Shown here in pieces: positions 50,900 to 59,914 of a DNA stretch of 64,000 nt. Position numbers and translations under genes: made by a program. The notes under the pieces are model-generated. The model saw nothing but the letters and a program-made list of their open reading frames with translations, was not told the origin of the DNA and did not search any database. Source of the DNA: an uncultured Pseudomonadota bacterium (GTDB lineage: Bacteria > Vulcanimicrobiota > Vulcanimicrobiia > Eremiobacterales > Eremiobacteraceae); NCBI GenBank assembly GCA_963736005.1, contig CAVTNB010000001.1, positions 1,504,001 through 1,568,000 on the forward strand. The letters run 5' to 3'. Position 1 is the first letter of the stretch; every line of letters begins with the position of its first letter.

Positions 50900-52351
50900 T
50901 CAGCGCTCGAAGCGGAGCACGACGACGTCTTCAGCCGGCAAATAACGATTGAATTGGTGGACGCTCGTGAGGTGGTACTCCTTGCCAAGCACACCCAGGA
51001 GGACGAGATTGGGATCGATGCCGCGCGGCTCGTAAACGATGACCCACACTCGTCGGTATTGCTTTGCCGCGTTGAGCGCCTTTGGAATCTGATTCGCGTA
51101 GAAAATGAACAAGTGCGGATGCGAGAGGATGTCTTTATCGCCGGGAAGAGTCCAAAACGGCATTCCCTGTTCTGCGAGGACGAGATCGCCCTGCTGCTCC
51201 TCGCGGGAAAGCACTTGGGCAACCCCGGACCAGTCCGCTGTATAAAAGGAGGGATCCAGTGCATACGCAGCGCCGAGCACGATGATGCCTGCAATGAATG
51301 AAGCAGTGACAAGCACCACCGCTCGCAACCGTCTTTCCATCGCGAGAGCGAAGAGGCATCCTGTCCACGCCGCGAGCGCATACGCGAGAAAGATGTAGTA
51401 GCGATCCAGATAGAGGAGCTTGTGCGTTGCCACCCCATAAAGAAATGTGAGCAGCGCGGGCATCCCAAGCCAAGGCAACAGCGATCGACCTGCGTAGACG
51501 ATTGTCGCCCACAGCGCTGCGCCGAGCCACAACCATGCCAACGCTGCGGCAACATTGGCGAACGTGCCCTCGAGCTGAGGAACGACCGTCGCCTGAGCCG
51601 CGAGCGAGAGCAATCCAGCGACTTCGTGCCCTCGATAACCCGCAAAGGTTTGTCCTCCCATGCCGAGTTGATGGAGCAAGGCGGGCACCTGCGGAGTCCA
51701 AAGAAGGATTGCGCCGGTAAACGAGACGCTCGCCTCCAGCAATCGATCGCGGCGTAAACAAAGCACGTAAAGAATTTGGGCGAGTACCGCAAACCAAGCC
51801 AAGTACAACGTGTAGCCCGCGAGGACCGCAGCGGCGGACCACAGAGCCCACAGCAACCAACGGCGACGGGAAGTCAAATCGGTGCGGGTAAGGATGATGG
51901 AAAGCAGGAGGAACTCAACCAGCGTGAGCGCGTCGCTCAGCGCGTACATCCTTATCCACGTATCGTAAAAGATAAGAATCGGCATAAACGCAGCACACAG
52001 GGCGGCTATCGACGCTGCTGGGTCACCTACCCACGTGCGCACGATAAAATACAGCAGCACCACGGACGCGGTACCGAACGCTACCATCAGCATGCGAGGC
52101 ATCCAGAGCGGAGCGTGCGCTAGACCGGAAACGTGTAGCAACAGAAAAAAGAACGGTGGATGAACATCGACGGTACGCAAGATTTGGAGCATGTCCTTGA
52201 CTGGAAATGTGCCCCACTGGAGTGAGATGCGTTCGTCCGTATGGAAGGGCCGGCGCAAAGCGTCGATCGTTCGAATTGCGAATGCCAGGCCGGTGAGAGC
52301 CGCAAGCACCCAGGGCTGAGGCAGCCCCAGCGCCCTGTGACGCGTCGCCAT
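50900..52351 (-). CDS. GT39/ArnT-like (GT-C) glycosyltransferase
   Basis: HTDE, DVHPPFFF, RMYAL; multiple TMs. Confidence 0.85.
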   Translation of the reverse strand: MATRHRALGLPQPWVLAALTGLAFAIRTIDALRRPFHTDERISLQWGTFPVKDMLQILRTVDVHPPFFFLLLHVSGLAHAPLWMPRMLMVAFGTASVVLLYFIVRTWVGDPAASIAALCAAFMPILIFYDTWIRMYALSDALTLVEFLLLSIILTRTDLTSRRRWLLWALWSAAAVLAGYTLYLAWFAVLAQILYVLCLRRDRLLEASVSFTGAILLWTPQVPALLHQLGMGGQTFAGYRGHEVAGLLSLAAQATVVPQLEGTFANVAAALAWLWLGAALWATIVYAGRSLLPWLGMPALLTFLYGVATHKLLYLDRYYIFLAYALAAWTGCLFALAMERRLRAVVLVTASFIAGIIVLGAAYALDPSFYTADWSGVAQVLSREEQQGDLVLAEQGMPFWTLPGDKDILSHPHLFIFYANQIPKALNAAKQYRRVWVIVYEPRGIDPNLVLLGVLGKEYHLTSVHQFNRYLPAEDVVVLRFER

Positions 52352-52418
52352 ATTCGATGTATCGGACCTTTTAGGCATCTGAAACCGTCCCACTTCATGA
52401 TTCGCGCGCCCGAAGCCG

Positions 52419-53369
52419 ATGAATAGTAGCACAAGGATGCACTCGCAAAAAATGCCGGATTCCACTGCCATTGGCGTCATGGCTTATAATGAAGAGCGAA
52501 ATGTCGGGCGACTGCTCGACAGCGTGCTGGGCCAAACTGCTTCGGCCCGCATCTCGAAGATCGTCGTTGTTGCCAGCGGTTGTACCGACCGCACCTGCGA
52601 AATCGTCGAGCGCTACCGCCTTCAGGATCCACGCATCACGCTGATCGCGGAGCCGAATCGCGGCGGCAAGGTGGCGGCGATCAACCAGTTTCTCTTCACG
52701 GCACAAGAAGAGATTCTGTTCATCTCCGGCGCCGATCTTGTCTTCGAACCCGATACCTTGGAGCGAATGCTCGCACCCTTCGACGATCCTGAGGTGGGCA
52801 TGGTTGGCGCGCACCCGATCCCGGTCGACTCGACGGAGACTTTTTTCGGGTACGCTGTCAATCTCATGTGGACGTTGCATCATGACATTTCGCTGCGCGA
52901 CCCCAAGATGGGGGAGCTCATCGCCTTTCGCAACGTGTTCCGGCGTCTCGATCCAAATGTGATCAACGACGAGTTGTCGGTGCACCAGCTCGTCCGCTCT
53001 GCCGGCTACCGGCTTGAGTATGCACCCGATGCGCGCATTCGCAATAAGGGACCCGAGAATCTCAGCGATTTTATCTCACAACGCACGCGATGCATCATCG
53101 GAAATCTACAGATCATACGCGATCACAATGTACCGGTATCAACCATGCGAACGCTTCCAGTCATTCGCGCTGCCTTTCCGCATGCGCTGCGCAATTGGCG
53201 CCGGTTGCATTGGACGGTGGCTGCCGCCGCGCTCGAATTTTATTGCCGTCTGAAGAGCCGCTCTATTTATCGCTCCAAAGAAAAACGCCAGAACTACAAA
53301 GTTTGGGAGCAAGTCTCGACCACAAAGGCGCTCGACCGCGCGGAACAACGGACCAAGGCTGCGCATTAA
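52419..53369 (+). CDS. GT2 glycosyltransferase
   Basis: MAYNEE, GCTDRT, GKVAAIN, INDE, QRTR; start may be 52437 or 52452. Confidence 0.88.
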   Translation: MNSSTRMHSQKMPDSTAIGVMAYNEERNVGRLLDSVLGQTASARISKIVVVASGCTDRTCEIVERYRLQDPRITLIAEPNRGGKVAAINQFLFTAQEEILFISGADLVFEPDTLERMLAPFDDPEVGMVGAHPIPVDSTETFFGYAVNLMWTLHHDISLRDPKMGELIAFRNVFRRLDPNVINDELSVHQLVRSAGYRLEYAPDARIRNKGPENLSDFISQRTRCIIGNLQIIRDHNVPVSTMRTLPVIRAAFPHALRNWRRLHWTVAAAALEFYCRLKSRSIYRSKEKRQNYKVWEQVSTTKALDRAEQRTKAAH

Positions 53370-53384
53370 GCGTGCAATCTCTGG

Positions 53385-53423
53385 CGCGCGAATGAATTCG
53401 CGCGACTACATTTCGCCCGCTAC
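53385..53423 (-). repeat. REP variant A plus half variant D
   Basis: CGCGCGAATGAATTCGCGCGACTAC 53385-53409; TCGCCCGCTAC 53413-53423. Confidence 0.85.
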
Positions 53424-54481
53424 ACCCCGGTCGGGGTGATATATTTTGCGTAGGCGGAGCCATCTTGACCGATGCTCGCGCGCAACAAACGCTGCGCTTC
53501 GCGTGCTCGCCGCGCGACGCGCGCTGACTCAACAGATGCGAGGGCGCTGCGAACTCCAGGAATCGTGCGGCACGTAGCAATCGCTCCTTTGATAACCGAT
53601 GCGGTGATCGGCCGAGAATACTTGTCGCGTAAAGCGGCCACTGCAATCTCGGCGTTCTTATCGTTACCCGCCACGATGGATTTTACCGCGATCTCATAGA
53701 GCTTGCGGCGAGTTTGCCTTGCCATCATGCGTGGAATGTCCGCGCGTAGCGCGGGGTCGATGCGGGTATCGGAACGCAGTTTCTCGGCGATGCGCTCGTA
53801 ACCGGAAATGACGCTTGCATCTTCAGCTGCTGACAACCGGGTTCCATGGTGGATGTAGGCCGCGCTCGGCTCGAAGAATACTTCGTACGGGAAGCGCGAT
53901 GCGACCCGCAGTTCGTAGTCGAGATCCGCTGGTCCGGCAACCTCCGCATCGACGAGCCCCACTTTCTCGATCACGTCTCGGCGGAAAAGAATTGCAGTAA
54001 GCGTGGGGTGCCTGTTGCCGAGCATTGCGAGGAAGCCTTCCGGCGGGTCATACCGACCCTCCCTACTCCACAGCGCCAGCGGCGCATACCGGACCGTTCC
54101 CGCGTCATCGAACTCTATCGCAGAACCCGCCGCAAAGAGCGCTTCCTGATCCTTGATAAGTCGCGTAATCGCTGACGTGTAAAAGGTGGGGAACAAGACG
54201 TCATCATCTGATAGAAAGGAAAAGTATGGCGTGTCAACGCGTTCCATGCCGAATTGGAAATTGCGCGCGACCGGTACCGCCTGCGGGTGACAAAAATATC
54301 GCACGCGCGAATCTTGCGAAGCGATCTGGGCGACGACGGCCTGAGTTTCGTCGCCGGACGCGTTGTCGTAGACGCAGACCTGCACATCCCGATAGGTTTG
54401 GTTGAGCGTACTTGCAATAGCTCGGCGCAGCAATTGCGGCCGACGAAAGGTTGGTATGATGGTCGTGACCAGCTCGCTCAA
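53420..54481 (-). CDS. GT2 glycosyltransferase
   Basis: IIPTFRR, YDNASGDET, LSDDD, ADLD. Confidence 0.9.
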   Translation of the reverse strand: MSELVTTIIPTFRRPQLLRRAIASTLNQTYRDVQVCVYDNASGDETQAVVAQIASQDSRVRYFCHPQAVPVARNFQFGMERVDTPYFSFLSDDDVLFPTFYTSAITRLIKDQEALFAAGSAIEFDDAGTVRYAPLALWSREGRYDPPEGFLAMLGNRHPTLTAILFRRDVIEKVGLVDAEVAGPADLDYELRVASRFPYEVFFEPSAAYIHHGTRLSAAEDASVISGYERIAEKLRSDTRIDPALRADIPRMMARQTRRKLYEIAVKSIVAGNDKNAEIAVAALRDKYSRPITASVIKGAIATCRTIPGVRSALASVESARVARRAREAQRLLRASIGQDGSAYAKYITPTGV

Positions 54482-54548
54482 TCCTGTTGGCCTCGAAACA
54501 AAGGGGTGGAACGGTTCTTCAAACGAACCGTGGTGCGTGAAGCTTTCG

Positions 54549-55214
54549 ATGTCGCAAGACGATCTCTTGGTCTATGCGACGCGGCTCATTGACGCGCACG
54601 CGCCTGACGGTAGGAAGATCGAGCTGGGCCGCGTCATGCCCATCGCACTCGAACGCCTCGAGCATTGCTTCTTGCGTATCGCGCTTGCCGGTTTTTGCGA
54701 TGAACGCGGGGAGGCGACTTTCGATCATCTCCACGGCGATCAAGTCGCTATGTTCCTCTACTTTGCTGCAAACACCGCCTGGAAGGAATTCAACGACGTC
54801 GATCTTGCCAAGAAGCTAACGCTGCTCAATCGCGATCGGCATGGTTTGCTCGTTATGTATGATACGGAGTTGCCTAAAATTTTCGTCATTCCGCATACGG
54901 TGGGCACTGTGATCGGGAAAGGCTCGTACGGAAACTATGCCGTGTTTTGTCAGAACGTCACCACGACGAACGACTACGCGCGCTTGACTGTGGGCAATGG
55001 GGTGATCTTCTTCCCGGGAGCGTTTGTGATCGGCAATTGTACGATCGGCGATGGGGCGGTGGTCACCGCGAACACCACGGTCACCTATGACGATATTCCG
55101 CCCAATACCATGGCACGCGGGTGCAGCCCCAAATTGGAACTGTGGCGGCGCGAGCGTGATTTTCTCGCGCGCTTTTTTATCCCACCGTATCCTGGACGCG
55201 AGTCAGCGCGGTGA
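54549..55214 (+). CDS. Left-handed beta-helix (serine acetyltransferase-like) acyltransferase
   Basis: HTVGTVIG, QNVT, hexapeptide repeats VGNGVI/IGDGAV. Confidence 0.75.
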   Translation: MSQDDLLVYATRLIDAHAPDGRKIELGRVMPIALERLEHCFLRIALAGFCDERGEATFDHLHGDQVAMFLYFAANTAWKEFNDVDLAKKLTLLNRDRHGLLVMYDTELPKIFVIPHTVGTVIGKGSYGNYAVFCQNVTTTNDYARLTVGNGVIFFPGAFVIGNCTIGDGAVVTANTTVTYDDIPPNTMARGCSPKLELWRRERDFLARFFIPPYPGRESAR

Positions 55215-55948
55215 GACCGCGCGATCCGCATGATCCGTTCGATCGCGAAGGCATCGAGGCAATGCGGCGCGACCCTGCCATGATGGCTGCAACGCAAACG
55301 TTCCTGAATAAGACCTTCGAGCACCGATATTATCGAAATTTTACATGGCTCGGACGACCCATCATCCAGTACCCGCAGGACATCGTCGCGCTGCAAGAAT
55401 TGATTTGGGATTATCGGCCGACGCTTGTGATCGAGACCGGCGTCGCACACGGTGGGTCGCTCGTACTCTATGCGTCCATCTTAGAGTTGGTGGGCGGGCG
55501 TGGAGAAGTGCTCGGCGTCGAAGTGGAGTTTCGACCGCATAACAAGCGGGCAGTGAGTGAACATCCGCTCGCGCGGCGCATCACCGTAATTGAAGGCTCG
55601 TCCATAGACCCACAGATTCTTGCGCAAGTGCGCGGCCGCGCGGCCGACCACGAACGGATTATGGTCGTCTTGGATTCCTACCACACGCACGAGCATGTGC
55701 TAACGGAATTACGAGTCTATTCACCCCTGGTTCGCAAGGGCGCACCGCTGGTCGTCTTTGGCACTTCCGTGGCCTCACTCGATCCGACGATCGATCTGGG
55801 GCGCGAATGGAATCAGAAGCGCAATCCGATGAGCGCTCTCGAGGAGTTCATGCGCGAAAACGATCGTTTTGAGGTCGATCGCGAGATCAACGACAAACTG
55901 CTGATCACCGATGCGCCAAACGGATACCTGCGCTGCGTCAGGGATTGA
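55211..55948 (+). CDS. CmcI (cephalosporin hydroxylase family) methyltransferase
   Basis: WLGRPIIQYPQD, IETGVAHGGS, LDSYHTHEHV. Confidence 0.9.
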   Translation: MRPRDPHDPFDREGIEAMRRDPAMMAATQTFLNKTFEHRYYRNFTWLGRPIIQYPQDIVALQELIWDYRPTLVIETGVAHGGSLVLYASILELVGGRGEVLGVEVEFRPHNKRAVSEHPLARRITVIEGSSIDPQILAQVRGRAADHERIMVVLDSYHTHEHVLTELRVYSPLVRKGAPLVVFGTSVASLDPTIDLGREWNQKRNPMSALEEFMRENDRFEVDREINDKLLITDAPNGYLRCVRD

Positions 55949-55975
55949 CATGATCCAAAGGAACGCTTCGGAGTC

Positions 55976-56803
55976 GTGAAGCTGACTATCGTTGGAGCGC
56001 GGGGATTCATCGGTTCGGCAATTGCCGCGCTCGCTCGTGCGCGAGGCCTCGACGTAGTGGCCGCCTCACACGACAAGATTCCAACCGGCTCGCTCGGAAC
56101 GGTCGTTTATTGTTCCGGCTTGACGTGGGGATCGGATGAGCGTCCGCTTGAGGCATATCGACTGCATGTGTGCGCCCCACTGGAGCTCTTGATGTCTGCC
56201 AACTACGACCGGCTCCTCTATGTGTCTTCGACCCGCGTTTACGATGGGCTATCGTCGACGAACGAGGATGCGCAACTGGCCGCGTTTCCCGCCGATCGCA
56301 ACGCAACCTATGCAACAAGCAAAATAGCGGGTGAGGCAGCAGTCCTCGCGGCTTCGGAGCGTAACATCGTTGTTCGGCTCTCGAATGTGTATGGGCCCAA
56401 CTTTAGGGCACGCGTCTTTTTGAGCGACATCCTCCGCCAAGCGATCGAAACTGGTCGTATCGAACTTCGCACCGCGCTAGCGTCAAGCAAGGACTACATT
56501 AGCGTCGAGGAGGTCGCCGATGTCGTTCTCCGCGTTATGGGCGAGGGAAAGCATCAAATCTACAACGTTGCCACCGGGAGAAACACGACCAATGCGGAGT
56601 TGACCCGCGCCATCGCCGCAACGCTGCCCGTTGAAGTGCGTGTGGCATCGAATGCACCGACGTCCATTGTTCTCGAAATCAACATCCAAAGAATCCGTGA
56701 TGAATTCGGCTTTTCACCACGCGACGTTCTCGATGAGGTGCCCGTGCTCGTGCGAGCGTTTAGCGCAGCAATTCGCGGGAGTAAAAAGGGGGAGCGGACC
56801 TAA
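55976..56803 (+). CDS. NAD-dependent epimerase/dehydratase (sugar reductase)
   Basis: GARGFIGS, YATSK, RLSNVYG. Confidence 0.88.
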   Translation: MKLTIVGARGFIGSAIAALARARGLDVVAASHDKIPTGSLGTVVYCSGLTWGSDERPLEAYRLHVCAPLELLMSANYDRLLYVSSTRVYDGLSSTNEDAQLAAFPADRNATYATSKIAGEAAVLAASERNIVVRLSNVYGPNFRARVFLSDILRQAIETGRIELRTALASSKDYISVEEVADVVLRVMGEGKHQIYNVATGRNTTNAELTRAIAATLPVEVRVASNAPTSIVLEINIQRIRDEFGFSPRDVLDEVPVLVRAFSAAIRGSKKGERT

Positions 56804-56817
56804 AGGTCCGCTGCTAC
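56793..56817 (-). repeat. REP variant B holding the stop codons of both convergent genes
   Basis: AGCGGACCTAAAGGTCCGCTGCTAC; TAA 56801-56803 on +, TAG 56814-56816 on -. Confidence 0.9.
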
Positions 56818-58043
56818 AATACCTTTGTGGTGGGGATGGGCACCACAAACTTGCCGCCCCATTGTGCGATGCCAGCTAGCTCGATGGCGATCTCACCTTT
56901 GATATTCCAAGGAAAGATCACAACGTAGTCCGGCCTGGTTTCAAAAATTCGCTCGGGCGCGAAGATCGGGACTCGGACACCGGGGATGAGTTTGCCCTGT
57001 TTGTGCGGATTTTTGTCCACCGTGTATGCGAGCAGGTCCGTTCCCACGCCGCAGTAGTTGAGCAGCGTCGTCGCTTTGGCTGGAGCGCCGTAGCCCGCTA
57101 CGCTTTTGCCGTTTGCGGCACAATCCGAAAGAAACCCAACGAAGGTTTCCTTGGCGCTTTTGACACGTTGCTCGAACTCGGCAAAGCCCTCGTGTGCATC
57201 TAAACGGGCGTCGCGTTCGGTGTGAAGGACACGAAGGCAGGCGGCACTCGGCGCATGCTGGGCTTCTGACCGCGTCGCAAAGACGCGCAGCGAGCCGCCA
57301 TGCGTCACCAGCTCCTCGACATCGAAGACGGTGAGGCCGTGAGCGCGTAAGATTTCACTCGCGCACTCGAGTGAGAAGTACGAGAAATGTTCGTGATAGA
57401 TCGTATCAAATTCGGTTCGCTCGATCAAACGAAGCAGATGCGGAAACTCAAAGGTCACCACTCCACCAGGCTTGAGCAGTTCTCGAATGCCTGCAACGAA
57501 GTCATTGATATCCGGCACGTGGGCAAGCACGTTGTTGGCCACGATGAGGTCGGCGCTCTTGCCAGCAGCGACAAGCTCGAGTGCCGCTTCCCTTCCGAAG
57601 AATTTCGTGAGCGTTGGCACGCCAGATGCGTTGGCGATGTCCGCCACGTTGCCCGCAGGCTCGATGCCCAGCACCGGCACAGAAAGGTTTTGGAAGTTCT
57701 TCAGCAACGAACCATCGTTGCTCGCAATCTCCACCACCAGACTTTGCGGCCCAAGTTCGAAACGGCGACATGCCATGTGCGCAAACGAGCTTATATGCTC
57801 GAGCCAAGATGTTGAATACGACGACAAGTATGGGTAGTCGGAAAATATTTCAGCGGGAGCTTGGTACTGCGGCAGCTGCACCAGATGGCAGCGGTCGCAA
57901 AAATAAACGCGGAGTGGGAAAGACAGCTCGGAGCGAGCGTCAGCCCGGGAGGTTATCAAACGGTTGGATGGCGGAGACATCCCTAAATCGACCACGACAT
58001 GCGTCAAGGGCGCCCGACAGAACCGACATTGCAACTCGCTCAC
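56814..58043 (-). CDS. NDP-hexose C-methyltransferase
   Basis: CRFC Zn site, EIASNDG, ANNVLAHVPD, IYHEH, YGAPAKA. Confidence 0.92.
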   Translation of the reverse strand: MSELQCRFCRAPLTHVVVDLGMSPPSNRLITSRADARSELSFPLRVYFCDRCHLVQLPQYQAPAEIFSDYPYLSSYSTSWLEHISSFAHMACRRFELGPQSLVVEIASNDGSLLKNFQNLSVPVLGIEPAGNVADIANASGVPTLTKFFGREAALELVAAGKSADLIVANNVLAHVPDINDFVAGIRELLKPGGVVTFEFPHLLRLIERTEFDTIYHEHFSYFSLECASEILRAHGLTVFDVEELVTHGGSLRVFATRSEAQHAPSAACLRVLHTERDARLDAHEGFAEFEQRVKSAKETFVGFLSDCAANGKSVAGYGAPAKATTLLNYCGVGTDLLAYTVDKNPHKQGKLIPGVRVPIFAPERIFETRPDYVVIFPWNIKGEIAIELAGIAQWGGKFVVPIPTTKVL

Positions 58044-59131
58044 GAACCAACCGCATCGGACGTGAAATCTTCGATGTCAGAAAGCACGAGCGTTCGCGCA
58101 TCTGCACCGGCGGCGAAACGCTTGTGCCAGGCGATCGTTCGCGCAAGACCTTCGGGCAGGGCCACCCGAGCTTGCCAGCCCAACTCTGACTGAGCTTTTG
58201 AGCTGTCGAGCCGCAGCGCGGGTGCTTCGTGCGGATGTTGGGACGGGTCAACCTTCCACTCCGCTGGCGGTCCGTAAAGCCTTGCTGCTTCATCTGCGAT
58301 CGCGCCAACCGTCCATTCGTTATCTGCAGGCGGTCCGAAGTTCCAAGCACGCGCGAAACGCGCACCATCCGTTTGATGCAAGTGCTCGGCTAAGACACAA
58401 TAGCCACGCAGCGGATCCAAAACGTGCTGCCATGGACGCACCGCGTCCGGATTTCTTACGAGGGCTGGGACGCCCGCTCCAAACGCCGCGAGAAGGTCCG
58501 GCAGCAAACGGTCTTTTGACCAATCGCCGCCACCAACGACGTTCCCAGAGCGCGCGGTTGCAACGGCTGGCGCAACGCCGTCACCAACGTTCCAAAATGA
58601 GGCGCGATATCCGGCGACGACGTGTTCTGCTGCGGCCTTGCTCGCTGAGTACGGATCTTGGCCGCCGAGCGGATCGGCTTCTCGGTGGCGCTCGTTGCCG
58701 GCGTACAAATCGTAACACTTATCGCTCGTGACGATGACCGCTGCGCGAACCGATGGGGTAGCGCGGATTGCGTCGAGCAGCGCGGCGGTCCCAAAAACAT
58801 TTGTGCGGAACGTCTCGATCGGCGCCTCGTAAGAACGTCGCACGAGCGCCTGCGCCGCGAGGTGCACGACGATTTCAGACCGGTGGTCGTGCATAAGCGC
58901 AGACATCTTGGCGACGTCGGCGATGTCGCCACGCTCATCCTGGAGCACGTCGGCAACGCGCGCGACCGAAAAAAGATTAGGCTGACTTTGGGGATCGAGG
59001 GCGTAGCCCACCACGTTTGCGCCGAGCGCATGCAACCACAGCGACAGCCAGCTTCCTTTGAAGCCTGTGTGGCCGGTAACGAAGACGTGCTTGCCTCGCC
59101 AAAAACCCCCGGTCAGTCCCAAACTTTCCAC
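58040..59131 (-). CDS. rfbG: CDP-glucose 4,6-dehydratase
   Basis: VTGHTGFKGSW, TSDKCY, DPYSASK, RPWQHV. Confidence 0.95.
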   Translation of the reverse strand: MESLGLTGGFWRGKHVFVTGHTGFKGSWLSLWLHALGANVVGYALDPQSQPNLFSVARVADVLQDERGDIADVAKMSALMHDHRSEIVVHLAAQALVRRSYEAPIETFRTNVFGTAALLDAIRATPSVRAAVIVTSDKCYDLYAGNERHREADPLGGQDPYSASKAAAEHVVAGYRASFWNVGDGVAPAVATARSGNVVGGGDWSKDRLLPDLLAAFGAGVPALVRNPDAVRPWQHVLDPLRGYCVLAEHLHQTDGARFARAWNFGPPADNEWTVGAIADEAARLYGPPAEWKVDPSQHPHEAPALRLDSSKAQSELGWQARVALPEGLARTIAWHKRFAAGADARTLVLSDIEDFTSDAVGS

Positions 59132-59883
59132 GGGGCTTTCCCTTGCTCCCAAAGATCGTTTAGCAAGATCTTGTCGCGCAGCGTGTCCAGCGGCTGCCAA
59201 AAACCTTGATGCGGAAAAGCGCCCAGCTTTCCTTCGCGCGCCAAGCGTTCCATAGGCTCGCGCTCCCAAGACGTCCCATCGTCATCGATATAGTCGAGCA
59301 CTGACGGCGAGAGGACGAAGTACCCGCCGTTGATCCAGCCTCCTTCTTCAGTGGGTTTTTCTTTGAAGTCAGTCACCCGGTCGCGTGCCATGGTCAAAAC
59401 ACCGAACCGCCCCGGCGGTTTGGTCACGGTCACCGTTGCCGGCAGGCCGAGCCGCTGATGGTGTTCGATCAGCTCGGTGACGTTGACATTGCTGACGCCA
59501 TCACCGTACGTGAAGCAAAAATGTTCGCCGTCGAGAAACTTCTTGATGCGCTTGAGCCGGCCGCCGGTGCCGGTCTCGAGTCCCGTGTCCACGACCGTGA
59601 CCGTCCACGGTTCCGCCAAGTTGCTATGCGTTTGGACCGTGCCTTTGCGCACATCGAAGGTGACGTCTGACATGTGGAGCGCGTAGTTTGCGAAATACTC
59701 TTTGATCATGTAGCCGCGGTAACCGCAGCAGATAATAAAATCGTTCAGACCGTAGGCAGAGTAGGTCTTCATGATGTGCCAGAGCACGGGTTTGCCGCCG
59801 ATCTCCACCATCGGTTTCGGGCGCAGGAGAGTCTCCTCGCTGATCCTTGTCCCCATGCCGCCGGCCAAGATGACTACTTTCAT
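59113..59883 (-). CDS. rfbF: Glucose-1-phosphate cytidylyltransferase
   Basis: LAGGMGTRISEET, PKPMVEIG, TYGDG, DTLRDK. Confidence 0.96.
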   Translation of the reverse strand: MKVVILAGGMGTRISEETLLRPKPMVEIGGKPVLWHIMKTYSAYGLNDFIICCGYRGYMIKEYFANYALHMSDVTFDVRKGTVQTHSNLAEPWTVTVVDTGLETGTGGRLKRIKKFLDGEHFCFTYGDGVSNVNVTELIEHHQRLGLPATVTVTKPPGRFGVLTMARDRVTDFKEKPTEEGGWINGGYFVLSPSVLDYIDDDGTSWEREPMERLAREGKLGAFPHQGFWQPLDTLRDKILLNDLWEQGKAPWKVWD

Positions 59884-59914
59884 CCTGACTCAATTATCGG
59901 CTAATTGCCGGCGT

